Source: Bacilli bacterium
Lineage (GTDB): Bacteria > Bacillota_I > Bacilli_A > RF39 > UBA660
Length of the DNA: 64,000 bases
NCBI GenBank assembly: GCA_017484205.1
Contig: JAFUTO010000002.1
Coordinates: forward strand, 16,334-80,333
Reading direction: 5' to 3'
Shown: positions 1 through 9,586 of the stretch, in pieces
How positions within the stretch are numbered: the first letter of the stretch is position 1
Layout of the letters: every line of letters begins with the position of its first letter
The notes under the pieces: model-generated
Database searches by the model: none
Told to the model about the DNA's origin: nothing
The model's input: the letters and a program-made list of their open reading frames with translations, nothing else
Translations under genes and position numbers: made by a program

Positions 1-21
1 AGAAAATAATTATTGAAATAG

Positions 22-52
22 TAGGCACTCTTTTTGAGTGTCTTTATTATTT
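22..52 (+). terminator. Imperfect hairpin (aggcactc-ttttt-gagtgtct) plus U-rich tail upstream of pnp; probable rpsO-pnp intergenic terminator/attenuator
   Basis: Inverted repeat with one G-U pair, followed by ttattatttg; the position immediately 5' of pnp matches the known rpsO-pnp leader arrangement. Confidence 0.35.
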
Positions 53-79
53 GAACTCAATCGAATAAGGAGGTAAGTT

Positions 80-2215
80 ATGAAAAAAATATTTGAAAGA
101 GAATTTAGAGGAAGAAAATTAATAGTTGAACAAGGAGAATATGCTAAGCAAGCAGATGGTGCTGTATTAGTTCGTTATGGTGATACTGTAGTATTATCAA
201 CTGTAGTAGTTAGTGACAATGCTAATATATTATCTGATTTCTTCCCATTAATGGTTTTATATCAAGAAAAACTATATTCAGTAGGTAAAATACCTGGTGG
301 ATTTATTAAAAGGGAAGGTAGACCTACAGATGCTGCTACATTAGCTGCTCGTATGATTGATAGACCTATGAGACCAATGTTCCCTGAAGACTTTAGAAAT
401 GAAGTACAAGTTGTTAATACAATATTATCAGTTGATCCTGATTATTCACCAGAATTAACTGCAATGTTTGGTTCAAGTTTATGTACTTGTATATCTAAAA
501 TACCATTTGATGGTCCAATTGCTGGTGTAAAAGTAGGTAGAGTAGATGGTAAATTTATCATTAATCCAACACCGGATGAGTTAGAAAAATCAGATATTGA
601 TTTAACAGTAGCTGGTACTAAGCATGCTATTAACATGGTTGAAGCAGGTAGTAAAGAAGTATCAGAAGATGATATGTTAGAAGCCTTAATGTTTGGTCAT
701 GAAGCAGTTAAAGAATTATGTGCATTCCAAGAAGAAATAATTGGTGAAGTTGGACTAGCTAAGATGGAATATGAACACTTAGATATTGAAGATAGTCTAA
801 AAGATGAAATTTATGCTTTAGCGCATGATAGAATGGACTCTGCATTAAGAATTAAGGAAAAATTAGAAAAATATGAAGCTATAGCTAATTTAAAAGAAGA
901 GATAGTTACTAAATATGAAGAAGATAATAAAGAGTTAGATAAAGAAGAATTAAATGTTTTATTAACTAAGGTTAAATTAGTGTTAGAATCAATTGAATAT
1001 GATATATTTAGATCTATTACAGTTAATGAAAAGACAAGATCTGATGGAAGAGCAATGAATGAAATTAGACCATTATCTGCTGAAATAGATATTTTACCTA
1101 GAACACATGGTTCAGCTGTATTTACTAGAGGTGAAACTCAAGCCTTAGCTACAGTAACATTAGGTGCTTTAAATGAATATCAAGTGTTAGATGGGCTTTC
1201 ATTAGAAGCTGAAAAACATTTTATGTTACATTATAACTTCCCTCAATTCTCAGTAGGTGAAACTGGTAGATATGGTGCGCCTGGCAGAAGAGAAATAGGT
1301 CACGGTGCATTAGGTGAAAGATGTTTAAAACAAGTTATGCCTTCTGAAGATGAATTCCCATATACTGTAAGAGTAGTATCAGAAATATTAGAATCAAATG
1401 GATCTAGTTCGCAAGCTACTATATGTGCTGGTTGTATGGCATTAATGGCAGCTGGTGTACCTATTAAAAAACCAGTAGCTGGTATTGCAATGGGATTAAT
1501 TACATCAAAAGATGAAAAAGATTATACAATATTAACAGATATTCAAGGCATGGAAGACCATTTAGGTGATATGGACTTTAAAGTTGGTGGAACAAGAGAT
1601 GGTATTTGTTCACTTCAAATGGATATCAAAATTAAAGGTATAACTAAAGAAATATTAAAAGAAGCTTTAGCTAGTGCTCATGAAGCTAGAATGAAAATAT
1701 TAGATGTTATGGAAGGTGTTATAGCTAAACCAAGAGAAGAAGTATCTAAGTATGCACCAAAAACAATGACATTTATGATTAATCCAGATAAGATTAAAGA
1801 AGTTATTGGTAGAGGTGGAGATATGATTACTAAGATTATCTTAGAATCATCTAATGTTGAATCAGTAAACGACCCTAACGCTGTTAAAGTAGACTTAATG
1901 GATGATGGTAAAGTTATCATTTATCATAGTGATAAAGAAGTTATTGAAAAAACAGCTAACTGGATTAAAGATATTGCTAGAGAAGTAGAAGAAGGCAAAG
2001 TTTATACTGGTAAAGTAGTTAAAGTTGAAGATTTTGGTTGCTTCGTTGAATTATGGCCTGGTTGTGAAGGCATGGTACATGTGTCTCAATTAGATGAAAA
2101 ACGTGTAGAAAAACCTTCAGATATGGTTAAAGAAGGCGATGAAATAGTTGTTAAAGCTTTAGGATATGATAAGAAAGGTAGATTAAATCTATCTAGAAAA
2201 GAAGCTTTAAAATAG
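80..2215 (+). CDS. pnp: Polyribonucleotide nucleotidyltransferase (PNPase)
   Basis: 711 aa; two RNase PH-like domains, KH and S1 domains (C-terminal GKVVKVEDFGCFVEL...GMVHVSQL); RBS aaggagg 8 nt upstream. Confidence 0.95.
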   Translation: MKKIFEREFRGRKLIVEQGEYAKQADGAVLVRYGDTVVLSTVVVSDNANILSDFFPLMVLYQEKLYSVGKIPGGFIKREGRPTDAATLAARMIDRPMRPMFPEDFRNEVQVVNTILSVDPDYSPELTAMFGSSLCTCISKIPFDGPIAGVKVGRVDGKFIINPTPDELEKSDIDLTVAGTKHAINMVEAGSKEVSEDDMLEALMFGHEAVKELCAFQEEIIGEVGLAKMEYEHLDIEDSLKDEIYALAHDRMDSALRIKEKLEKYEAIANLKEEIVTKYEEDNKELDKEELNVLLTKVKLVLESIEYDIFRSITVNEKTRSDGRAMNEIRPLSAEIDILPRTHGSAVFTRGETQALATVTLGALNEYQVLDGLSLEAEKHFMLHYNFPQFSVGETGRYGAPGRREIGHGALGERCLKQVMPSEDEFPYTVRVVSEILESNGSSSQATICAGCMALMAAGVPIKKPVAGIAMGLITSKDEKDYTILTDIQGMEDHLGDMDFKVGGTRDGICSLQMDIKIKGITKEILKEALASAHEARMKILDVMEGVIAKPREEVSKYAPKTMTFMINPDKIKEVIGRGGDMITKIILESSNVESVNDPNAVKVDLMDDGKVIIYHSDKEVIEKTANWIKDIAREVEEGKVYTGKVVKVEDFGCFVELWPGCEGMVHVSQLDEKRVEKPSDMVKEGDEIVVKALGYDKKGRLNLSRKEALK

Positions 2216-2269
2216 GAATATTTAATAATTAAATTAATATAATATAGTGTAGTATTAATTTAATACAAG

Positions 2270-2297
2270 AAAGGTCATAGTGTTATGACCTTTTTTA
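2270..2297 (+). terminator. Rho-independent terminator of pnp
   Basis: aaggtcatag-tgt-tatgacc hairpin followed by tttttt. Confidence 0.7.
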
Positions 2298-2321
2298 TTT
2301 ACATTAATATTTAACATTACC

Positions 2322-2350
2322 TATACAAATATCATTATTTTTGGTATAAT
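2322..2350 (+). promoter_or_regulatory. Sigma-A type promoter with extended -10 (TGgTATAAT)
   Basis: tggtataat at 2342-2350; weak -35 tataca 17 nt upstream; RBS aggagg at 2361-2366. Confidence 0.45.
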
Positions 2351-2373
2351 ATTTAAAGATAGGAGGCATATAA

Positions 2374-4740
2374 ATGAAGAAAAAATATATTATCTTTTTA
2401 TTAGTTCTTTTTATGCCTTTTATGGTACTTGCAGAGGAGCAAACTGGCACAGCTGATCATGTGACAGTAAGAAGTGCGGCGACATCAAAATCTACTTGTG
2501 TTGCGAGTACTAGAGGATGCGCCGAAATAAATGGTTCAATAACTATATTAAGTGATATTATAGAAACAACTGATTCTAATGATGGTTGTCCGTCTAAAAA
2601 GTGGTATAAAGTAAAAGGTAATGATAAAGAGGATGGTAAAGAGTACGAAGGATATGGATGTTCTTCATATATAACAATTAATACCAATGTAGAACCTAAA
2701 ACAGAAGAGGACATTAAAGTTATATCTGATACTGTAATTGCTTATGGTACTATTAATAATGGTTATGTTTATTCAGAACCTGATACTGCTTCCGCTTTGA
2801 GAAGCGATCCAACTACAGAAAAAATTGCTATATTAGGTGATGCAACTAATACTAATGCTAGTGGTTGCAAAGAGATGTATAAAATTTTATATAGTAACTT
2901 AATTTCATATGCTTGTAAGGGTAATTTTACAAATGTTACTAGTGTATCTGTCATGAACACTGCTAGCATTTCATATAATTATGAAACAGAGTTAGCAAAG
3001 TTTCCTGAAAGCTATAGAAGTTATTTAAATAATTTACATAAATTGCATCCTAATTGGAGATTTTATGCTATAGATACTAATTTAAATTTTAGCGATGTAG
3101 TAGCAAGCGAGCAAAAACAAAGTTATTTATCTGGTTCTACTGATTCTGGATATTTTGTAACATTAGAACCAAACTATTATAATTGGAAAACTAATACTTG
3201 GACATCTCAAGATTCAGGCAGTTGGTATGTTGCATCAAAAGAAGCGACGGAGTATTATGTTGACCCTAGAACTTATTTAGATGAAAAACAGGTATTTGTA
3301 TTTGAAGATTCTAGAGCTTATTCTTATCAAGTGGACGCTGCTTTACAAAAAATGATTAATTATGCAGGTGCTAGTAACTTGTCTATTTCATACGATGGTA
3401 AAACATATAGCTATTACGATGCATTTAAAGCATCAGCAGCTTTTTCTAAAGTAAGTGCGATGAGTATATTAGCTAGATCTAGAGTTGAAACAGGCAAGTT
3501 TACTTCTAATAGTGTTAGTGGAACTCGTGCATTTTCATATAATGGTAATACATATTCAGGATATTACAATTATTATAATATAGGTGCATGGGCACACAGT
3601 GGAAGAGATGCTATTACTAATGGATTAATATATGCATACAATGCAGGATGGAATAATAGATATAAGGCTATTATTGAAGGTGCTACATTTATAGCTACTA
3701 AATATGTTTATTCAGGACAAGAAACACAATATTTTCAAAAATTTAATGTAAATCCATCAACTATATATAGTATTTATGGACATCAATATCAAACTAACAT
3801 ACAAGCTCCTACTATAGAAGGAACTTATGTATACTGGGGATTCCAAGATTCAGGTAATATTAATCAACCCGTAGTGTTCCATATACCAGTATATAAAAAT
3901 ATGCCAAGTAAAGCTGCAATTCAACCTACTAGTGGAAATCCAAATAACTGGCTTACATCTATTTCTGTTGATGGCAAGTCATTAACTAATTATACTGATG
4001 CTTCTGGTAAAGAAATCTTTGATGGAGATGTTTATTATAGCTATGATAATAACTGGGATGGTGTTGCTGATGCTGTTTATTCTAATAGTGTAATTAAGTA
4101 TACTGTTTCATATGATACGACTAAAATTAATATAAAAACATCACAAGCTGTATCAACTTCTACTGTAAGTAACACAGGTGATATTGCAATAAAAGATAAA
4201 ACTACTACTATTGATATAGTTGTAACAGCAGCAAACAAAACTACTAAAACATATAGATTAATTGTAACTAGGGATGATAAACCAACAACTGATGAAAATG
4301 GAAATGTTATTTATGCAGATATTGCAAAGGTATTGAGTAGTGTTAGTGTTAAATATAATTCAACATACATGTATGGTCTTGCTTTGGGTACAAGTTATGA
4401 TACAATTAAAAATGCTATTAAAAAAGTAGATAATAGTGTTACTGTTACGATAACTAAAAATAGTAATAACAATACTGGTAATTTAGCTACAGGTGATAAA
4501 ATTAGTATAAATAATGGTAAGGAAACTAAAACATACACTTATGTATTGTATGGAGATTTAAATGGCGATGGTAAAATAAGTGTCCTTGATTTAATACATA
4601 TTAGAAATATTATTTTGGATTCATCTAATCTTACAGGTGCGTATAGAGAAGCAGGAGATATTAACCATGATGGGAAGTCTAATGTTCTTGATTTGATTTT
4701 AGTAAGAAATGATATATTAGGAGATTCTATATCTCAATAG
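2374..4740 (+). CDS. Secreted dockerin-containing putative peptidoglycan hydrolase (SH3b-like + GH73/glucosaminidase-like + cadherin-like beta-sandwich + type-I dockerin)
   Basis: 788 aa; signal peptide MKKKYIIFLLVLFMPFMVLA; SH3b-like segment; ILARSRVETGKF...YNYYNIGAW...YSGQETQYFQKFNV resembles a GH73 active-site region; C-terminal duplicated dockerin repeats GDLNGDGKISVLDL.../GDINHDGKSNVLDL... Confidence 0.6.
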   Translation: MKKKYIIFLLVLFMPFMVLAEEQTGTADHVTVRSAATSKSTCVASTRGCAEINGSITILSDIIETTDSNDGCPSKKWYKVKGNDKEDGKEYEGYGCSSYITINTNVEPKTEEDIKVISDTVIAYGTINNGYVYSEPDTASALRSDPTTEKIAILGDATNTNASGCKEMYKILYSNLISYACKGNFTNVTSVSVMNTASISYNYETELAKFPESYRSYLNNLHKLHPNWRFYAIDTNLNFSDVVASEQKQSYLSGSTDSGYFVTLEPNYYNWKTNTWTSQDSGSWYVASKEATEYYVDPRTYLDEKQVFVFEDSRAYSYQVDAALQKMINYAGASNLSISYDGKTYSYYDAFKASAAFSKVSAMSILARSRVETGKFTSNSVSGTRAFSYNGNTYSGYYNYYNIGAWAHSGRDAITNGLIYAYNAGWNNRYKAIIEGATFIATKYVYSGQETQYFQKFNVNPSTIYSIYGHQYQTNIQAPTIEGTYVYWGFQDSGNINQPVVFHIPVYKNMPSKAAIQPTSGNPNNWLTSISVDGKSLTNYTDASGKEIFDGDVYYSYDNNWDGVADAVYSNSVIKYTVSYDTTKINIKTSQAVSTSTVSNTGDIAIKDKTTTIDIVVTAANKTTKTYRLIVTRDDKPTTDENGNVIYADIAKVLSSVSVKYNSTYMYGLALGTSYDTIKNAIKKVDNSVTVTITKNSNNNTGNLATGDKISINNGKETKTYTYVLYGDLNGDGKISVLDLIHIRNIILDSSNLTGAYREAGDINHDGKSNVLDLILVRNDILGDSISQ

Positions 4741-4753
4741 AAAAGGTGAAAAT

Positions 4754-6160
4754 ATGAAAAAAATAAATATAATTTTAACAATATTTCTTTCATTTTTATT
4801 CGTAGGTAATGTTAAAGCAGCTAGTGCTAAAATAACTGTTAGTCCTGCATCAAAAACAATATTAGTTGGAAATACAATTACAGTTACTGTTACAACATCA
4901 TCTACATCTACTTTGGGAGCTGTTAGTTATACTGTTCAATATAATTCAAATATATTATCTTTGACTTCAACTACTTCTCCAACAGGTGGAGCTAGAACTG
5001 TAGGATATTTTAATTCTAAAGGAAACACAACAATTTCCTATACATATACATTCAAAGCTATTTCTTCTGGTAATGCTACAATATCCATAGTAGGTGCCGA
5101 AGCAGGGGATGATAATGGAACAGCGTTATCAGTAACATCTAGTTCTGCTTCAATCAAAGTAATGACCCAAGCACAGTTGCAAGCTACATATAGTGGAAAT
5201 AACTATTTATCTGGGTTATCTATTGAAGGATATGAATTAGATCCTGCATTCAATAGAGATACGTTAGAATATAATGTAACATTAAAGCCTGAAACAGAAA
5301 ATGTTATAATATCTGCTACAAAAGAAGATTCTACTGCTAGTATTACTGGTGCTGGTGAAATAGCAGTGTCAGAAGGAGCTAATACAATTAGTATTGATGT
5401 TGTTGCTCAAAATGGTAATGTTAGGACTTATGTTATTAATGCTGTAGTTGAAGAATATGATCCGATTAATGTTACAGTGGATGGCAAAAATTATACGATT
5501 GTTAGAAGTACTAAAACACTTGAGTTTAATAATAATTTGTTTACTGCAACAAAAGAAAACATTACAGGTGAGGAAGTACCAGCATTTTATAACGAAATAA
5601 CTGATACTACTTTAATTGCTTTAAAAGACGAAGAAGGCAAGGTAGAATATTTCATCTATAAAGATGATAATTATAAAAAATTTAATGAACTTAAATTAGG
5701 TAGTGTTGATTTGATGGTTCTATCTACAAATGATATTCCTACTGAATATAAAAACGCTACTATTACAGTTAATGAAAAAGAATATGGGGCATATAAATTA
5801 AGTGATACATCTAGATTTTCTTTAATATATGGTACTAATTTAACAAACAATAATACAGGCTTATATGTGTATGATAATTTAGAAAATACATTACAAAGAT
5901 ATGATGCTGATATGGTTAATAATATGACAGCTAAAATTGATAAATTAACTAAGACTAATTATATATTGATTTTTACAAGCGCAGGTTTATTAATTTTGCT
6001 TATTGTCGCTTTGATACCTAAAAAACCAAAATCAAAAAGTGTAGATGAACAATCTATAGAGGAAACACCTGTATTAGATATTGACCAGGCAAAAGAAGAA
6101 CCAAAACCTAAGAAAGAAAAGAAACAACAAGTTAAAAAACAAGATAAAAAGAAGAAGTAA
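4754..6160 (+). CDS. Membrane-anchored cohesin-domain protein (cohesin + cadherin-like domain + conserved juxtamembrane domain + TM helix + Lys-rich cytoplasmic tail)
   Basis: 468 aa; signal peptide; N-terminal ~140 aa with cohesin-like pattern (ITVSPASKTILVGNTITVTV...YTVQYNSNILSL...ISYTYTFKAISSGNATISI); NNYLSGLSIEGYELDPAFNRDTLEYNV cadherin-like domain; C-terminal hydrophobic helix ILIFTSAGLLILLIVALI followed by a K/E-rich tail; lies 14 nt downstream of the dockerin gene. Confidence 0.6.
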   Translation: MKKINIILTIFLSFLFVGNVKAASAKITVSPASKTILVGNTITVTVTTSSTSTLGAVSYTVQYNSNILSLTSTTSPTGGARTVGYFNSKGNTTISYTYTFKAISSGNATISIVGAEAGDDNGTALSVTSSSASIKVMTQAQLQATYSGNNYLSGLSIEGYELDPAFNRDTLEYNVTLKPETENVIISATKEDSTASITGAGEIAVSEGANTISIDVVAQNGNVRTYVINAVVEEYDPINVTVDGKNYTIVRSTKTLEFNNNLFTATKENITGEEVPAFYNEITDTTLIALKDEEGKVEYFIYKDDNYKKFNELKLGSVDLMVLSTNDIPTEYKNATITVNEKEYGAYKLSDTSRFSLIYGTNLTNNNTGLYVYDNLENTLQRYDADMVNNMTAKIDKLTKTNYILIFTSAGLLILLIVALIPKKPKSKSVDEQSIEETPVLDIDQAKEEPKPKKEKKQQVKKQDKKKK

Positions 6161-6174
6161 TTCTTCTTTTTTGT
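6148..6174 (+). terminator. Rho-independent terminator
   Basis: agaagaag-taa-ttcttctt hairpin overlapping the stop codon, followed by tttttt. Confidence 0.65.
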
Positions 6175-6202
6175 ATACTATATGTCTACTTTACATTTAT
6201 TT

Positions 6203-6244
6203 TTGACAAAAGCATTTACATAATTATTGCTGCTTTGGTATAAT
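6203..6244 (+). promoter_or_regulatory. Promoter region: perfect TTGACA (6203-6208) and extended -10 TGgTATAAT (6236-6244)
   Basis: Both hexamers are visible, but their spacing is non-canonical (27 nt), so there may be two overlapping promoters; RBS aggagg precedes the ATG at 6268. Confidence 0.4.
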
Positions 6245-6267
6245 TAAGAAAATAGGAGGTATGTATT

Positions 6268-8157
6268 ATGAGGAAGTTTTTATTTTTAATACTTACATTA
6301 TTATTTATTCCTTTGTGCGCGAGTGCTGCAGAATATGATATATACGAAGATACTATAAGATACTATGGTACTATTAATTATAGCTTTGTATATTCAGAAG
6401 CTAATACTAAGTCTGTACTTGCATCCAAAGGAAATATATATGAAAGGGTAGCTATATTAGGTAATGCAACAAATGCTGATGATTTAAATGATGACTGCAT
6501 TAATATGTATAGCATTATATATCAAGAAAAAGTAGCTTATGTTTGTGCTAATAATGTTATTAATATTGTTTCTGCTGAAATATTAGAAACAAGTAATATA
6601 ACTTATAATTATGATAGGGAATTATCTAAATTTCCAGAAAGTTATAGGAGTTATATTGATACGCTACATCAACAACATCCTAATTGGAGATTTTATGCTA
6701 TAAATACTTATTTGGAATATTCAGATGTAGTAAATTATGAAAAAAATGCTAACTATATAGATAGTACAACTAATAATGTGTCATATTTTGATACATTAGA
6801 AGCTATAAATTATAACTATCAAAATGAAACTTATGTGTACCACAAAGATGGTAAATGGGTTACACCAAGTACAGAAGCAACGGCATATTTTATAGATCCA
6901 AGAAACTATTTAACTGAGGAAAAAGTGTTTGTATTTGAAGATTCAAGAACATATTCATATCAAACTCCGGAACCAGTAAAACAAATATTAAAATATGTTG
7001 ATAATAATGAAATTGATTATGCTGATGTATATAAACATGCCTCAAACTTTTCGAAACTTAGTCCATTAACTTTAATTGCAAGAGCTAGATTGGAAAATAC
7101 AACATATACAGGAAATGTAAATGAACAAATAGTAGAAAAAGCTACATATTTAGCAACTAAATATACTTATAATGGACAAGAAACACAATACTTCCAAAAA
7201 TTCAACGTAAATCCAAATACGTTAAGTAATACATATGCTCATCAATATGAAACAAATATTGAAAATCCAATTGTTGAAGCTTCCTATATATATGAAGCAT
7301 ATAAAGAAGCAGATGCGTTAGAAAATTCAATAGTTTTCCATATACCTGTATATAATAATATGCCAGGTGAAAGTTCTATAAAACCTCTTGATGGAAATCC
7401 AAATAACTGGTTATCAACTATAACTATTAATGATGAGCCAATAGATAATTTTGATGGAGATAATTATTATAGTTATGATAATAACTGGGATGGCGAGGAA
7501 GACGCAGTTTATCCTGACCATGTTATTACATATAATGCAGAATGGGATGCTGAAAGTATTACTATAGATGCGTCTGCAATATCAGAAGAAGCTGGTATAT
7601 TAGGAACTGGTGAAATATCACTTCCTGATAAAGAAACAATCGTTGATTTAGTTGTTATGGCAGAAAATAATACAACTAAAACATATCGTGTAGTTATTGT
7701 AAAAAATGATCCTCCATATCCAGATATTGATTGGGTATTGAGTCAAATTGCTATTAAATACGATGACAAATATTTAAGTGGGTTATCAATTGGTAGTGAT
7801 TATAATGTACTAAAAGATGCTATTACAAATATAAGCGACTTAGTTACAACTGAAATAACTCCAAGAGAAGGTAATACAACAGGAACTTTTGCTACAGGGG
7901 ATATGATAACAGTAACTAGTGGTCCACAAGTTCGTAATTTTACATATGTATTATATGGTGACTTGAATGGTTCTGCAACAATTAGTATAATAGACTTAGT
8001 AGCAATTAGAAACATAATATTAGATGAATCTAATTTAGAGGGAGCATATAGAGAAGCAGGGGATGTAAATCGTGACGGAAAAGTTAGTATACTTGATCTA
8101 GTAGCTGTTAGGAACGATTTATTAGGTACTCATATTGTTCAATTGCCACAAGAATAG
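6268..8157 (+). CDS. Secreted dockerin-containing paralog of 2374..4740 (SH3b-like + truncated GH73-like region + cadherin-like + dockerin); possibly catalytically inactive
   Basis: 629 aa; signal peptide; shares the KFPESYRSY..LH..HPNWRFYAI and YxGQETQYFQKFNVNP blocks with 2374..4740 but lacks ~45 aa including the YNYYNIGAW block; C-terminal dockerin whose first repeat is degenerate (GDLNGSATISIIDL). Confidence 0.6.
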   Translation: MRKFLFLILTLLFIPLCASAAEYDIYEDTIRYYGTINYSFVYSEANTKSVLASKGNIYERVAILGNATNADDLNDDCINMYSIIYQEKVAYVCANNVINIVSAEILETSNITYNYDRELSKFPESYRSYIDTLHQQHPNWRFYAINTYLEYSDVVNYEKNANYIDSTTNNVSYFDTLEAINYNYQNETYVYHKDGKWVTPSTEATAYFIDPRNYLTEEKVFVFEDSRTYSYQTPEPVKQILKYVDNNEIDYADVYKHASNFSKLSPLTLIARARLENTTYTGNVNEQIVEKATYLATKYTYNGQETQYFQKFNVNPNTLSNTYAHQYETNIENPIVEASYIYEAYKEADALENSIVFHIPVYNNMPGESSIKPLDGNPNNWLSTITINDEPIDNFDGDNYYSYDNNWDGEEDAVYPDHVITYNAEWDAESITIDASAISEEAGILGTGEISLPDKETIVDLVVMAENNTTKTYRVVIVKNDPPYPDIDWVLSQIAIKYDDKYLSGLSIGSDYNVLKDAITNISDLVTTEITPREGNTTGTFATGDMITVTSGPQVRNFTYVLYGDLNGSATISIIDLVAIRNIILDESNLEGAYREAGDVNRDGKVSILDLVAVRNDLLGTHIVQLPQE

Positions 8158-8166
8158 GGTGATTAT

Positions 8167-9543
8167 ATGAAAAAAATATATACAATTATTACAATTGTTA
8201 TATCGTTATTATTTATAACTAATGTAAAAGCTGATGGTACAAGTGCTACACTAACACCATCGCCTTTATCTTGTTATGAAGGGGAAACATGTAGTATAAC
8301 TTTGAATCTTAATTCAAATATTGAAATAGGTGGTGTTAGTTATAAACTTTCATATGATACTTCAATGTTAGAATTTGTAGATGGTAAGAAGAATAAGATA
8401 GCGGATGGTATTATACAGGTTATTGATGAACCTCGTGCTACATCTGCTTCTTATACTTATAAATTTAAATCATTGAAAACAGGTGAAAGCACAGTTAAGA
8501 TAGTGAGTATGGAAGTTTCTGATGCAAATGAAGAAATGCCAAATGATATTACCCCAAGCACATTGCCTAGTGCCTCAGTATCGATGACAACTAGACCTGT
8601 AACAGCTCCTACGACACCAACTACAACAACTAAAAAAAGTAACAATGCTAATTTATCAAATTTGTCAATTGATGGTGTATCATTGACTCCTGCTTTTAAT
8701 TCCAGTACTACTACATATACAGCAAGTTTAAACCCTGATGCAACTAGTATAAATATAAGTGCATCAACTGAAAATAGTGGTGCTAAGGTATCAGGTGCAG
8801 GAACAATACCTGTATCAAAAGGTAATAATAATATAGAAATAAAAGTTACAGCAGAAGATGGCACAACTAAAACGTATACTATTACAGCAAATGTCCCTGA
8901 TTCAACAGTAGGAACTATAAATGATAAAAATATTGTTACAAAAAGTGATGATAATCCAATCAGTGATTCGTTTTCAGAAACAACTATTAATATTGATGGA
9001 CAAGATGTGCCTGCTTATTATAATGATGCTACAGGTACTACAATAGTAGCTGTTGATAATGGTAATGGTGAAGTAGAATATTATACTGTTGACGAAGATG
9101 GGAATTTAGGAAAATATGATGAAGTTGATTCAGATAAAATAGATTTAATGTCATTAGCAGTAGCTTTAGGTGATGTTCCTGAAGGATATGTTGAAACTAC
9201 AATTATTATTGATGGTAAAGAATATAAGGCATATAAAAAAGCTGATGACTCAAGATTCGTATTATTATATGGTACAAACTTAGCGACAGGTGATACAGGA
9301 TTCTTTGTTTATGATACAGTAGATAGAACAATTCAAAAATATGATGTTGATAGTTTTAATGATTTGTTAGAAAAAAATGCTAAATTATGGATACTATTAT
9401 GGATTTTAATATTTACATGTATAGGGTTATTAATTCTATTAATAATCGCGTTAATATTATTGAGTAAAAGAGATAAAGTTATAAAAAAATATAAAAATTA
9501 TATACAAGGTAAAAAAGAGGAGATAAATGAAGAAAGAAGTTAG
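8167..9543 (+). CDS. Membrane-anchored cohesin-domain protein, paralog of 4754..6160
   Basis: 458 aa; signal peptide; cohesin-like N-terminal domain (..SYKLSYDTSMLEF...ASYTYKFKSLKTGESTVKIV); T/P-rich linker; cadherin-like domain (NANLSNLSIDGVSLTPAFNSSTTTYTASL); juxtamembrane domain conserved with 4754..6160 (DVPAYYN...GEVEY...DLM...GKEYKAYK..DSRF.LLYGTNL..TG.FVYD); TM helix plus basic tail. Confidence 0.6.
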   Translation: MKKIYTIITIVISLLFITNVKADGTSATLTPSPLSCYEGETCSITLNLNSNIEIGGVSYKLSYDTSMLEFVDGKKNKIADGIIQVIDEPRATSASYTYKFKSLKTGESTVKIVSMEVSDANEEMPNDITPSTLPSASVSMTTRPVTAPTTPTTTTKKSNNANLSNLSIDGVSLTPAFNSSTTTYTASLNPDATSINISASTENSGAKVSGAGTIPVSKGNNNIEIKVTAEDGTTKTYTITANVPDSTVGTINDKNIVTKSDDNPISDSFSETTINIDGQDVPAYYNDATGTTIVAVDNGNGEVEYYTVDEDGNLGKYDEVDSDKIDLMSLAVALGDVPEGYVETTIIIDGKEYKAYKKADDSRFVLLYGTNLATGDTGFFVYDTVDRTIQKYDVDSFNDLLEKNAKLWILLWILIFTCIGLLILLIIALILLSKRDKVIKKYKNYIQGKKEEINEERS

Positions 9544-9561
9544 TTCTTTCTTCATTTATTA
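9529..9561 (+). terminator. Rho-independent terminator overlapping the 3' end of 8167..9543
   Basis: gaagaaagaa-gttag-ttctttcttc hairpin followed by atttatt. Confidence 0.55.
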
Positions 9562-9570
9562 TGGTATAAT
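9540..9570 (+). promoter_or_regulatory. Extended -10 promoter (TGgTATAAT at 9562-9570) for the glycosyltransferase gene
   Basis: tggtataat motif 17 nt upstream of RBS aggtgg and the ATG at 9587. Confidence 0.4.
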
Positions 9571-9586
9571 AAATATAGGTGGTAGT

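Noticed and set aside
9527-9586. ORF-track start for the glycosyltransferase at 9527 (MKKEVSSFF...)
   Set aside because: It overlaps the upstream gene's terminator hairpin and lacks an RBS. The downstream ATG at 9587 has the aggtgg RBS and the TGgTATAAT promoter.
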